DNA of 32,000 bases from Candidatus Saccharimonadota bacterium (GTDB lineage Bacteria; Pseudomonadota; Gammaproteobacteria; Enterobacterales; Enterobacteriaceae), in assembly GCF_000185985.2 (NCBI RefSeq), contig NC_014909.2, positions 150,001-182,000 on the forward strand, read 5' to 3'. Numbering within the stretch: position 1 is the stretch's first letter; each line of letters opens with the position of its first letter. Under the pieces are notes generated by a model, which saw only the letters and a list, made by a program, of their open reading frames with translations, was not told where the DNA came from and searched no databases. Of this stretch, positions 19,934 to 30,055 are shown one piece after another. Position numbers and translations under genes: made by a program.

Positions 19934-21031
19934 ATGATAAATGCGTGTAAAAAAAAAATAAAGACGATATTGATAATAGCAGGTGGAAGTGGAGGGCATG
20001 TGTTCCCAGGGTTATCGGTAGCGCGATATTTAATGAATCATGGATATAAGGTAGTTTGGTTAGGATCTAAAGAGAATATTGAATCTCAATTAGTGCCGAG
20101 GCATGGGATAGATATTAAATTTATTTATATGAAAGGATGGCGTGGAAAAAACATATATAAGAAGTTGGTTACATTGTTATTTTTAATGTTTTTATCAATA
20201 TACCAGGCATTAAAAATTATAAAGTACTGGAAGCCTGATATAGCTTTAAGTATGGGTGGGTATGTTGCTGGCCCTAGTAGTTTGGCTGTTGTTTTATGTA
20301 GAATTCCATTAATTATACATGAGCAAAATAGAGTTATAGGATTAACTAATCGATATTTATCTTTTTTTGCTGCAAAAATATTTCAAGGTTTTCCTGATGT
20401 TATTGCTAATGCTATTACGTTAGGCAATCCATTACGACATACGATTTTATCTATTCCTAAACCAATTAATCGATGGAAATATCGTACTGGTCCAATTCGG
20501 GTTTTGGTAATGGGCGGTAGCAATGGAGCTTATATTTTTAATAAGGTTGTACCAAAAATTTTTGAACAATTATTTAGTAAGTTAATTATATGGCATCAAT
20601 CTGGAGAAAAAGATTTTGAACGTGTACTCAAGGCATATCGAAAGACAAAACAAAAAATTAATTATAAAATAACGCCATTCATTGATGATATAGCACAAGC
20701 GTATTCATGGGCTGATGTTGTAATATCTCGATCTGGAGCATTGACAGTAAGTGAAATAATTTATGTTGGTTTACCTGCGATATTTGTACCATTTCCTTAT
20801 CATAAAGATAAACAGCAATATTGGAATGCTTTACCTTTGATGAAACTAGGGTCAGCGATAATTGTTGAACAAGAGAAGTTTACTAGTGATTATATTAGTC
20901 GAGTTTTAGAATCTTGGAATCGAAAAACATTACTAGTTATGGCAAAGCGAGCTAGATCTTTAATTACACCTAATGCAACAAAATTAGTTGCTCAAACAAT
21001 AATACAATATTTAAAAGAAAAAAAATATTAG
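19934..21031 (+). CDS. murG: UDP-GlcNAc:lipid I N-acetylglucosaminyltransferase
   Basis: 365 aa. It contains the G-loop AGGSGGHVFPGLSVA, HEQN and SRSGALTVSEI. The position between ftsW and murC is conserved. Confidence 0.95.
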   Translation: MINACKKKIKTILIIAGGSGGHVFPGLSVARYLMNHGYKVVWLGSKENIESQLVPRHGIDIKFIYMKGWRGKNIYKKLVTLLFLMFLSIYQALKIIKYWKPDIALSMGGYVAGPSSLAVVLCRIPLIIHEQNRVIGLTNRYLSFFAAKIFQGFPDVIANAITLGNPLRHTILSIPKPINRWKYRTGPIRVLVMGGSNGAYIFNKVVPKIFEQLFSKLIIWHQSGEKDFERVLKAYRKTKQKINYKITPFIDDIAQAYSWADVVISRSGALTVSEIIYVGLPAIFVPFPYHKDKQQYWNALPLMKLGSAIIVEQEKFTSDYISRVLESWNRKTLLVMAKRARSLITPNATKLVAQTIIQYLKEKKY

Positions 21032-21048
21032 TAACGCTATTTATTTAT

Positions 21049-22497
21049 ATGCAATCATTCCAATTGACAAATGATATTTTACCAGTAATTAATCGTTATT
21101 ATATTAAACAAATCCATTTCATTGGGATAGGCGGAGCTGGGATGAGTGGTATTGCAATTATATTAGCGCATCAAGGATATAATGTGACTGGTTCTGATAT
21201 AGAAGAAAGTGATATAACTCAATATTTATTAAACTTGGGAGTAAAAATATTTTTTGGTCATTGTAGTGAGAATGTAAATAATGCAGATCTTGTAGTTATA
21301 TCTAGTGCTATTAATTTAAATAATATCGAATTTCAAGCAGCGAAACGTTTAAAAATTCCTATTATGAGACGAGCAGAGGTTTTATTTGAATTAATGAGAT
21401 ATAAATATGGTATAGCTATTGCTGGAACTCATGGAAAAACTACAACTACTGCTATGTTAGCTAATATTTATGTTGAAGCAGGATTAGATCCAACTTTCAT
21501 AAATGGAGCAATAATAAGATCAGAGGGAGTTCAATCCCGGTTTGGGTGCAGTTGTTATTTTATAATAGAAGCAGATGAAAGCGATAAATCATTTTTATGG
21601 TTGTATCCTACAGTAGAAATAATTACTAATATTGATTTTGATCATATGAGTGCATATCAAAATAATTACGAATTTCTTAAAAAGGCATTTGTTGAATTTC
21701 TAAATCATTTACCAGTATATGGTTATGCTGTGATATGTATTGATGATCCAGCGATTCGAAGTGTTTTGTCTAATGTTAATAGGAAAATTATTACTTACGG
21801 ATTTAGTAAAGATGCAGATTTATGTATTTTGAATTATCATCAATACAGGGAGAAAAGTAAGTTTACTGTTTTAATAAAAAATAAAAAAAAATTAGAAATA
21901 ATTTTAAATATTCCTGGTTATCATAATGTGTTAAATGCTACAGCTTCTATAGGTGTATCTATTGAAGAAGGAATACCTGATTTAGTTATTTTAAGAGCCA
22001 TGTTAAATTTTCAAGGAACAAATCGTCGTTTTGAAAATTTAGGATTTTATTCTTTAAAACAGATAAATGGGCGAGTTGGAAAAGTTATGATAGTAGATGA
22101 TTATGGACATCATCCTACTGAATTACATGCAACTATAGCAACTGTTCGGTCTGGATGGCCTGATAAGAGGTTAATTATGGTATTTCAACCACATCGATTT
22201 ACCCGGACATGTGAATTATATGATAGTTTTATTCATGTGCTTTCTACTGTAGATGTTCTTTTGATATTAAATGTTTATCCTGCTGGAGAAAAACCTATTT
22301 TAAATATAAACAGTCAAACTTTATGTGATGCAATTAATAAATATGGTAAAATTAAACCGGTGTTTGTATCTAATGAATATATTTTATTAAAAATTTTATT
22401 AGGGTTACTTGATAATGGAGATTTGCTCTTGATTCAAGGAGCAGGTACTATAGGAAATAAAATGCGCGCTTTGTTTTTAAAAAATCAAAAATCTTGA
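21049..22497 (+). CDS. murC: UDP-MurNAc:L-alanine ligase
   Basis: 482 aa. It contains IHFIGIGGAGMSGIA, the P-loop GTHGKTTTT, EADESDKSF and DDYGHHPTE. Confidence 0.95.
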   Translation: MQSFQLTNDILPVINRYYIKQIHFIGIGGAGMSGIAIILAHQGYNVTGSDIEESDITQYLLNLGVKIFFGHCSENVNNADLVVISSAINLNNIEFQAAKRLKIPIMRRAEVLFELMRYKYGIAIAGTHGKTTTTAMLANIYVEAGLDPTFINGAIIRSEGVQSRFGCSCYFIIEADESDKSFLWLYPTVEIITNIDFDHMSAYQNNYEFLKKAFVEFLNHLPVYGYAVICIDDPAIRSVLSNVNRKIITYGFSKDADLCILNYHQYREKSKFTVLIKNKKKLEIILNIPGYHNVLNATASIGVSIEEGIPDLVILRAMLNFQGTNRRFENLGFYSLKQINGRVGKVMIVDDYGHHPTELHATIATVRSGWPDKRLIMVFQPHRFTRTCELYDSFIHVLSTVDVLLILNVYPAGEKPILNINSQTLCDAINKYGKIKPVFVSNEYILLKILLGLLDNGDLLLIQGAGTIGNKMRALFLKNQKS

Positions 22498-22519
22498 TTA
22501 TTTCAAGATAATAGTACTC

Positions 22520-22547
22520 ATATATAGTAAGCATTGTTGCTATATAT
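22520..22547 (+). other. hairpin in the murC-ftsQ spacer (the position where ddlB lies in E. coli)
   Basis: ATATATAG-(12 nt loop)-CTATATAT forms an 8-bp stem starting 23 nt after the murC stop. No T-run follows, so I do not call it a terminator. Confidence 0.2.
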
Positions 22548-22614
22548 CTGTTGATATAGTATGTCTTAATAAAACAATTTAAATCAGTACAATATTTTAG
22601 ATTACATTAATATA

Positions 22615-23424
22615 ATGTTAGCTAAATTTGGGATAGGATTAAGATATTATCTTAATCGTCGACTAATAATAGGATGGATTTTTTTCTTTGTTTTGATATT
22701 AAGCATTTTTTGGATTATATCCAGAGTGGCTTTGATTTGGATTCATGATTATTGTTGTGATCCTATATCTTATGTTATAGTGACTGGGAATCGTTATTTT
22801 ACTACTAATAATGATATTAATCATTTAATTGTACAATTAGATAAAATAGGATCATTTATAACACAAGATGTAAATGTGATTCAAAGACAAATCAAAAAAT
22901 TACCGTGGATTAAGCAAATTAGTGTAAGAAAGCAATGGCCAGATACATTAAAAATTCATATAGTAGAGTATATACCTGTAGGATATTGGAATAATGAGTT
23001 AATTATTAGCACAACAGGTATAATGTTTAAAGCACCGAAACACCGCATTAAAAATGGGCATAATAATGATGAGATTAAGTATTTACCATTTTTATATGGA
23101 CCAGATGGCAGCGAGCAGGATGTTTTAAATAATTATTTAATATTTCAGGCAATACTGCAGTCTCATAAATTTCGGATAATGTCTTTAAAAATGGATAAAT
23201 GTTATGCATGGCAGTTGACTTTGCAAGATAATATTCAGTTGCGATTAGGAAGTACAAATCTTGTTGATCGATTACGTTATTTTATAAAAGTTTATCCTAT
23301 GTTACTTCAAGCAGTTCACAAAAAAAATATATATATTGATTATGTAGATTTACGTTATTATTCTGGTTGTGCTGTAAAATGGATAGATAATGTGAGTTTA
23401 CCTGTGTGTGGTAATAATAAGTAA
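22615..23424 (+). CDS. ftsQ: cell division protein FtsQ
   Basis: 269 aa with one TM segment ([18 protein letters not shown]). The POTRA region [39 protein letters not shown] matches E. coli [46 protein letters not shown] is also present. Confidence 0.92.
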   Translation: [269 protein letters not shown]

Positions 23425-23451
23425 TATATAAATAAGGCTATTAAAAGAGCG

Positions 23452-24708
23452 ATGAAATCTTTGGATAATAGAAAGCTTATAGTAGGATTAGAAATTGGAA
23501 CGGCTAAAGTTGCTACATTGATAGGAGAAGTTTTACCAGATGGTATAATCAATATTATTGGTTTAGGTTGTTGTTCGTCTCAAGGCATGGATAAAGGAGG
23601 AGTAAATAATTTAGAATCAGTAGTAAAGTGTGTAGAATATTCGATTAATCAAGCAGAATTAATGGCTGGTTGTCAGATTGCCTCTGTTTATTTATCTTTA
23701 TCTGGGAAACACATTAGTTGTAAAAATGAAATAGGTATGGTTCCTATTGCGGAAGAAGAAGTGACTCAATTAGATGTCGATAATGTAGTGCATATAGCTA
23801 AATCAGTAAAAATACGTGATGAACATCGCATACTACATGTTATTCCTCAGGATTATTCTATTGATTATCAAGAAGGTATAAAAAATCCAGTTGGTTTATC
23901 TGGAGTAAGAATGCAAGCAAAGGTACATTTAATTACTTGTCATAATGACATGGCTAAAAATATTGTAAAAGCAGTAGAAAAATGTGGTTTACGAGTAGAT
24001 CAATTAATATTTTCCGGATTAGCGTCAAGTTTTGCAGTATTAACTCAGGATGAGCGTGAGTTAGGAGTATGTGTTGTAGATTTAGGGGGTGGCACAATGG
24101 ATATTGCAATATATGTTGCTGGAGCGTTACGTCATATTAAAGTTATTCCATATGCTGGGAATGTGGTAACAAGTGATATTGCTTATGCATTTGGAACGCC
24201 ATTATCTGATGCAGAGACTATTAAAGTGCGTTATGGATGTGCCTTAGAATCTTTAGTAAATAAAAATGAAAATATTGAAGTGCCAAGTGTTGGTGGCAGA
24301 CCATCAAGAATTTTACAACGTCGAATGTTAGCAGAAATTATTGAGCCTAGATATATCGAATTAATGAGATTAGTAAATAAAGAAATATTACAATTACAAT
24401 CACAATTAAAACAACTTAGTATTAAGCATCATCTTGCGGCAGGTATTGTGTTAACTGGAGGAGCATCGTTGATGGAGGGTGTAATAGAATGTGCTCAAAA
24501 AGTATTTAATACTCAAGTACGAGTTGCGTCTGCTGTCAATGTTAATGGAGCAATAGATGAAATAAGTGGGCCACGATATTCTACTGTTATAGGCTTATTA
24601 CATTATGGAAAAGAGTCTCATTTAAATAATAATATTGATGCAGATAAAAGAGTAAAGATTAAAAATTGGTTAAAAAAAATAAATAATTGGTTAAAAAAAG
24701 AATTTTAA
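23452..24708 (+). CDS. ftsA: cell division protein FtsA (actin-like ATPase)
   Basis: 418 aa with very high identity to E. coli FtsA (LVVGLEIGTAKVA.., VVDLGGGTMDIA, GIVLTGGAS). The C-terminal amphipathic membrane-targeting helix NWLKKINNWLKKEF matches E. coli SWIKRLNSWLRKEF. Confidence 0.97.
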   Translation: MKSLDNRKLIVGLEIGTAKVATLIGEVLPDGIINIIGLGCCSSQGMDKGGVNNLESVVKCVEYSINQAELMAGCQIASVYLSLSGKHISCKNEIGMVPIAEEEVTQLDVDNVVHIAKSVKIRDEHRILHVIPQDYSIDYQEGIKNPVGLSGVRMQAKVHLITCHNDMAKNIVKAVEKCGLRVDQLIFSGLASSFAVLTQDERELGVCVVDLGGGTMDIAIYVAGALRHIKVIPYAGNVVTSDIAYAFGTPLSDAETIKVRYGCALESLVNKNENIEVPSVGGRPSRILQRRMLAEIIEPRYIELMRLVNKEILQLQSQLKQLSIKHHLAAGIVLTGGASLMEGVIECAQKVFNTQVRVASAVNVNGAIDEISGPRYSTVIGLLHYGKESHLNNNIDADKRVKIKNWLKKINNWLKKEF

Positions 24709-24795
24709 TACTTATTAAATTTTTTAATATCAGAATAAAATATAGGTGGTTTTTTTAAAAATTAATTGAAGGACGTATGCAATGCGGAGAAAATT

Positions 24796-25962
24796 ATGTT
24801 TGAACCAATGGAATTAACTAGTGATGCTGTAATTAAAGTAGTTGGTATTGGAGGAGGAGGTAGTAATGCGGTCGATCATATGTTAAGAGAACGTATTGAA
24901 GGTGTTGATTTTTTTGCAGTTAACACTGATGCTCAGGCTTTGAGGAAGATGACAATAGGACAAACTATCCAAATTGGTAGTTCTATAACTAAGGGACTAG
25001 GAGCAGGAGCCAATCCGGAAATTGGTCGAAATTCTGCAGAAGAAGATCGAGATGTATTGAGAGCTACTATAGAAGGAGCTGATATGGTGTTTATTGCTGC
25101 AGGTATGGGCGGAGGCACTGGAACAGGTGCAGCTCCGGTGGTAGCAGAAGTAGCAAAAGATTTGGGAATTTTAACCGTGGCTGTGGTTACTAAACCCTTC
25201 AGTTTTGAGGGGAAAAAACGAATGATGTTTGCTGAACAGGGGATTTCTGAATTATCAAAATATGTAGATTCGTTAATTACTATTCCAAATGACAAATTAT
25301 TAAAAGTTTTGGGGCGTGGGATATCTTTATTAGATGCATTTGGAGCGGCTAATGATGTTTTAAAAGGAGCTGTACAGGGTATTGCAGAATTAATTACTCG
25401 ACCAGGTTTAATGAATGTGGATTTTGCAGATGTACGCACAGTGATGTCTGAAATGGGATATGCTATGATGGGAGCTGGAACAGGATGTGGTGATGATAGA
25501 GCAGAGGAAGCATCGGAGTTAGCTATTTCTAGTCCATTATTGGAAGATATAGATTTGTCTGGAGCGCGAGGAGTTTTAGTAAATATTACTTCAGGACTGA
25601 ATTTAAGGTTAGATGAGTTTGAAACTGTAGGTAATACGATACGATCGTTTGCATCTGATAACGCAACGGTAGTTATAGGTACTTCTTTAGATCCCGATAT
25701 TAATGATGAGTTACGAGTGACAGTAGTGGCTACTGGAATTGGCATTGATAAACGGTCAGAATCGATATTATCGAATACCAATCAAGAAGAAATAAAAACA
25801 ACACAACAGGATAATTGTTATCATCATAATGCTTCTATTCAAAAAACGTCTGCTTTTTTTAATGAATCTAGGTGTGCTTTGGATAATTCAGTAACTCAGG
25901 ATAATACACTTTCTGATACAGAGACAGAATACTTAGATATTCCTGCTTTTTTGAGGAAATAA
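24796..25962 (+). CDS. ftsZ: cell division GTPase FtsZ
   Basis: The track ORF starts at a TTG at 24766. The ATG at 24796 gives [26 protein letters not shown], matching the E. coli N-terminus exactly, and is preceded by GGAGA (24786-24790) at Shine-Dalgarno distance. The tubulin signature GGGTGTGA and the C-terminal FtsA/ZipA-binding peptide [10 protein letters not shown] are present. Confidence 0.97.
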   Translation: MFEPMELTSDAVIKVVGIGGGGSNAVDHMLRERIEGVDFFAVNTDAQALRKMTIGQTIQIGSSITKGLGAGANPEIGRNSAEEDRDVLRATIEGADMVFIAAGMGGGTGTGAAPVVAEVAKDLGILTVAVVTKPFSFEGKKRMMFAEQGISELSKYVDSLITIPNDKLLKVLGRGISLLDAFGAANDVLKGAVQGIAELITRPGLMNVDFADVRTVMSEMGYAMMGAGTGCGDDRAEEASELAISSPLLEDIDLSGARGVLVNITSGLNLRLDEFETVGNTIRSFASDNATVVIGTSLDPDINDELRVTVVATGIGIDKRSESILSNTNQEEIKTTQQDNCYHHNASIQKTSAFFNESRCALDNSVTQDNTLSDTETEYLDIPAFLRK

Positions 25963-26050
25963 TGATGAGATATTTCAAGTATATATAGCATGAAACTTCA
26001 ATTTTTTGTTTATTGTGATTTAGATTTCGTATCATAATGGTATATAGGTA

Positions 26051-26926
26051 ATGCTTAAACAACGTACATTAAAGAAAATCACTCGTATCGCTGGAGTGGG
26101 ATTACATACTGGTCGATTGGTTACTGCGACTTTATATCCTGCATTAGCAAATACTGGGGTGATTTACCGTCGTATTGATTTAAAGCCATCTGTAGATTTT
26201 AATGTAAATATTGAATCTGTAGGTAATACTACGTTATGTACATGTTTAAGAGATGAGTATGGAATTCATCAAGTTTGTACTATTGAACATTTGAATGCTG
26301 CTTTATCAGGTTTAGGGATAGATAATATTATTGTAGAATTAGATGCTTCTGAGGTCCCAATTATGGATGGGAGCGCTAATCCATTTGTATCATTATTGAT
26401 GAATGCTGGAGTACAAGAATTAAATGTTTCTAAGAAATTTTTTAAGTTAAAGCAAATTGTACGAGTTGAGGAAAAAGATAAATGGGCTGAATTAAAACCT
26501 CATGATGGATTTACATTGGATTTTACTATTGAGTATAAATATTCCATGATGGAACCTATATGTCAGCATTATTTTTTTAATTTTTCTACTCAATCGTTTA
26601 TAGCAGAAATCAGCGCAGCAAGAACTTTTGGTTTTATAAATAGGGTTAAAGATTTAAAAAATCGGGGGTTTATTTTAGGGGGGGATCTGAATTCTGTTGT
26701 TGTTATAGGTAATAATAGTAAGGTCCTCAATATAGGAGGATTGCGTTTTGATAATGAATTAGTAAGACATAAAGTTCTTGATGCTATTGGGGATTTATTT
26801 GTTTGTGGATATAATATGCTTGGCTCTTTTTCTGCTTTTAAATCTGGGCATTCTTTACATAATAAATTACTTAGAACTGTTTTATCGTGTCAAGAGTCAT
26901 GGGAAATTATTTCTTGTATAGAGTAG
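26051..26926 (+). CDS. lpxC: UDP-3-O-acyl-GlcNAc deacetylase (lipid A biosynthesis)
   Basis: 291 aa. It contains MLKQRTLKK..GVGLHTG, TIEHLNAALSGLGIDN, PIMDGSANPF, ARTFGF and the zinc-site HKVLDAIGDL. It is about 14 aa shorter at the C-terminus than E. coli LpxC. Confidence 0.95.
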   Translation: MLKQRTLKKITRIAGVGLHTGRLVTATLYPALANTGVIYRRIDLKPSVDFNVNIESVGNTTLCTCLRDEYGIHQVCTIEHLNAALSGLGIDNIIVELDASEVPIMDGSANPFVSLLMNAGVQELNVSKKFFKLKQIVRVEEKDKWAELKPHDGFTLDFTIEYKYSMMEPICQHYFFNFSTQSFIAEISAARTFGFINRVKDLKNRGFILGGDLNSVVVIGNNSKVLNIGGLRFDNELVRHKVLDAIGDLFVCGYNMLGSFSAFKSGHSLHNKLLRTVLSCQESWEIISCIE

Positions 26927-27469
26927 ATACAAGTAAAATATTTAATTAAGATATATTTTGAATAGTTTTTTAGGATTATGTAATTAAGGTACTATTGTGG
27001 GCATATAGACTTATAGAAATAACAGAGTAATAATGCTCTCACAAAGTATATAAAATGTGTGTTAATTTATGTGTATTATGATAAATAGAGAGTAGTATGT
27101 AAATGTAAGTATATACTTGCAATTAGATTTAAAATAATAGGTTAAGTATTTTATATGTTTTATATATCAAAATGATACATAAATACAGGTAGTTATTTAT
27201 GGATATTTAAAATTGTATGTTAATATTTTATTACATTGATTAACTTATGTTTATAAGAGTGAATCAAATTTTTAGGGGGGTATTAATTTTTATGTTTAAT
27301 ATACTTTTTGAATAAAAGTACGTAATTTATTAATATCAATTAGGGGTAAAGTTGTATCAGGAAAACAGATGAGATTTTCTATAACAAGTATAGAGTAAAT
27401 TTAAGCGATAGTATTGTGTGTAATGTTATTTTAATTAAATATTAAGTTTGAAATTAAGATTAAGTTATT

Positions 27470-30055
27470 ATGGCGATTTCATTCCAGTTCTTGAAAAATC
27501 TTTTTAAAAATAGAAATGAACGTATGTTGTTACGTATGCAAAAAACAGTGGATGTGATAAATTTGTTAGAACAGGATATGGAAAGATTGAGTGATGTTCA
27601 ATTATCTAATAAAACTAATGAATTTCGTAATTTGATTAAATCTGGAGTCAGTATAGATCAATTATTACCACAAGCATTTGCTGTTGTGCGTGAAGCTATA
27701 AAAAGGATTTTTAATATACGTCTTTTTGATGTGCAGTTATTGGGAGGTATTGTATTAAATAATCGTTGTGTAGCTGAAATGCGTACTGGAGAGGGTAAAA
27801 CTTTAACAGCTACATTGCCTGCTTATTTAAATGCTTTAAGTGGAAAAGGAGTGCATATCGTTACAGTAAATAATTATTTAGCAAATAGAGACGCAACATA
27901 TAATCGACTTTTATTTGAATTTTTAGGTTTGAGTGTGGGAATAAATTTACCAGAACAATCTGCATCTTTAAAACGTTTGGCATATAATGCAGATATTACG
28001 TATGGTACTAATAATGAGTATGGATTTGATTATTTACGTGATAATATGGTGTTTTCTATTAAAGATAGAGTACAACGTACGTTACATTATGCATTAATAG
28101 ATGAAGTAGATTCTATTTTAATCGATGAAGCTCGTACTCCTTTAGTGATTTCTGGTCCATCAGATAATTCTTCATCATTGTATTTAAAAATTAATGAATT
28201 AGTGTGTGAGGTTATTAAAAAAAATAAGAATAATATTATATCTGATTCAAAAAAAGAATATTTTACGGTTGATGAGAAAATTAAGCAGGTTATTTTAACT
28301 GAAACAGGACTTGTGTTAATAGAAAAGTTATTAATTGAATCTAGATTGATGCAATCGGGTGAGTCATTATATTCTTCTGATAATATCATATTGATGTATC
28401 ATGTAAATTCAGCGTTACGTGCTCATATCTTATTTACGCGTGAAGTAGATTATATAGTTAAAAAGGGAGAAGTATTAATTATTGATGAACATACAGGTCG
28501 AGTGATGCCTGGTCGTCGTTGGTCAGATGGGTTACATCAGGCAATAGAAGCTAAAGAACATGTAACAATTCAAGATGAAAATCAAACATTAGCTTCGATT
28601 ACTTTTCAAAATTATTTTCGTTTATATGCAAAGTTAGCTGGTATGACAGGTACTGCGTATACTGAATCCTTTGAGTTTAGATCTATTTATAAGTTGGATA
28701 CCGTTGTAATACCTACAAATAGGCCTATGATTCGTAATGATTTTCCAGATGTGATTTATATGGCTGAGCATGAAAAAATTGATGCTATTATTAAGGATAT
28801 AAGAAATTGTATTAAAAGAAATCAACCTGTTTTAGTTGGGACTATATCTATTGATAAATCTGAAATTATTTCACGCGCTTTAAAGAAGTTAGACATTCCT
28901 CATAAAGTTTTAAATGCTAAATTTCATGCAGCAGAGGCAGAAATTATAGCTCAAGCAGGACAACCTGGGGCGGTAACTATTGCTACTAATATGGCTGGAC
29001 GAGGAACTGACATTGTATTAGGTGGGAATTGGCAGGCAGAAATTGCTAAATTGAACACGGATGATGCTAATAAGATTTGTATTATTAAATCTGATTGGTT
29101 AAATCGCCATGATTTAGTATTAAAAGCTGGGGGATTACATGTTATCGGAACTGAACGGCATGAATCACGTCGTATTGATAATCAGCTTAGAGGTAGATCT
29201 GGAAGACAAGGTGATGTTGGTTCATCTAGATTTTATTTATCTATGGAAGATTCATTAATACGTATTTTTGCTTCTGATAAGTTAGTTAGTTTGATGAAGA
29301 AATTAGGTATGCAATCAGGAGAATCTATAGAACATCCATGGATTACAAAAGCTATTGCTCATGCTCAAAAGCGAGTAGAAAATCGTAATTTTGATATTAG
29401 AAAACAATTGTTAGAGTATGATGATGTAGCAAATGATCAACGTAAGGTTATTTATGAGCAACGTAATAAATTATTAAGTATGTCTAATATCAGTGATGTT
29501 ATAGAAAATATTAGATTTGATGTGGTTGATCAATTGTTAAATATTTATATGCCTTTAGGAATTTTAGAAAGTAAGATAAATTTAATAAAATTGGAAGAGC
29601 GTTTAAAAATTGATTTTCATTTAATTATCCCCTTAGTAAAATGGGTAGAGGAAGATTCTAGATTATATGAAGAGATAGAAAAAATAAGAGATCGTATATT
29701 GACAGAATTGGTAAAACAGTATTTGTATACTCAAAAATTTATTGGTATAGAATTTTTAAGTACCTTTGAAAAAAATATTATGTTAAAAACATTTGATACA
29801 TTATGGAAAGAACATTTATCGTCAATGGATTATTTAAGACAAGGTATTCATTTACGAGGATATGCACAAAAAGATCCTAAACAAGAGTATAAAAAGGAAT
29901 CATTTGCTATGTTTAAAAAAATGTTAGATCATTTAAAATATGAGGTGATTAGTGAAATCAGTAAATTATATAGCACTACTATTTCATTAAATGAGTTAAA
30001 AAATCCCCTGATTATTAAAGAAAATAGATTTAGTGGTCTAAAAATTAGAAATTAA
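27470..30055 (+). CDS. secA: preprotein translocase ATPase SecA (lacks the C-terminal zinc-binding tail)
   Basis: 861 aa. It contains Walker [10 protein letters not shown], the DEAD-like [49 protein letters not shown] and [14 protein letters not shown]. The protein ends shortly after the helical scaffold/wing region. Confidence 0.97.
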   Translation: MAISFQFLKNLFKNRNERMLLRMQKTVDVINLLEQDMERLSDVQLSNKTNEFRNLIKSGVSIDQLLPQAFAVVREAIKRIFNIRLFDVQLLGGIVLNNRCVAEMRTGEGKTLTATLPAYLNALSGKGVHIVTVNNYLANRDATYNRLLFEFLGLSVGINLPEQSASLKRLAYNADITYGTNNEYGFDYLRDNMVFSIKDRVQRTLHYALIDEVDSILIDEARTPLVISGPSDNSSSLYLKINELVCEVIKKNKNNIISDSKKEYFTVDEKIKQVILTETGLVLIEKLLIESRLMQSGESLYSSDNIILMYHVNSALRAHILFTREVDYIVKKGEVLIIDEHTGRVMPGRRWSDGLHQAIEAKEHVTIQDENQTLASITFQNYFRLYAKLAGMTGTAYTESFEFRSIYKLDTVVIPTNRPMIRNDFPDVIYMAEHEKIDAIIKDIRNCIKRNQPVLVGTISIDKSEIISRALKKLDIPHKVLNAKFHAAEAEIIAQAGQPGAVTIATNMAGRGTDIVLGGNWQAEIAKLNTDDANKICIIKSDWLNRHDLVLKAGGLHVIGTERHESRRIDNQLRGRSGRQGDVGSSRFYLSMEDSLIRIFASDKLVSLMKKLGMQSGESIEHPWITKAIAHAQKRVENRNFDIRKQLLEYDDVANDQRKVIYEQRNKLLSMSNISDVIENIRFDVVDQLLNIYMPLGILESKINLIKLEERLKIDFHLIIPLVKWVEEDSRLYEEIEKIRDRILTELVKQYLYTQKFIGIEFLSTFEKNIMLKTFDTLWKEHLSSMDYLRQGIHLRGYAQKDPKQEYKKESFAMFKKMLDHLKYEVISEISKLYSTTISLNELKNPLIIKENRFSGLKIRN

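Noticed and set aside
24664-24699. A 15-nt direct repeat, AATTGGTTAAAAAAA, present twice with a 21-nt period at the ftsA 3' end.
   Set aside because: It encodes the heptad-like NWLKKIN / NWLKKEF of the FtsA C-terminal amphipathic membrane-targeting helix. The same two-fold pattern exists in E. coli FtsA (SWIKRLN / SWLRKEF). It is an ancestral protein feature, not a recent duplication or a mobile-element end.
24933-25781. A 282-aa ORF on the minus strand, the longest unassigned ORF in the track.
   Set aside because: It lies entirely antisense to the most conserved and most GC-rich part of ftsZ. Its Pro/Ser/Ala/Thr-rich, low-complexity translation is what the reverse complement of Gly/Ala/Thr/Val codons gives. 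It has no start context and no recognisable homology, so it is a shadow ORF.
27247-27315. A 22-codon ORF (MFIRVNQIFRGVLIFMFNILFE) in the lpxC-secA spacer, considered as a secM remnant or arrest peptide.
   Set aside because: It has no similarity to the SecM arrest motif (no ..WI..GIRAGP-like C-terminus), no signal peptide and no Shine-Dalgarno sequence. ORFs of this size are expected by chance.
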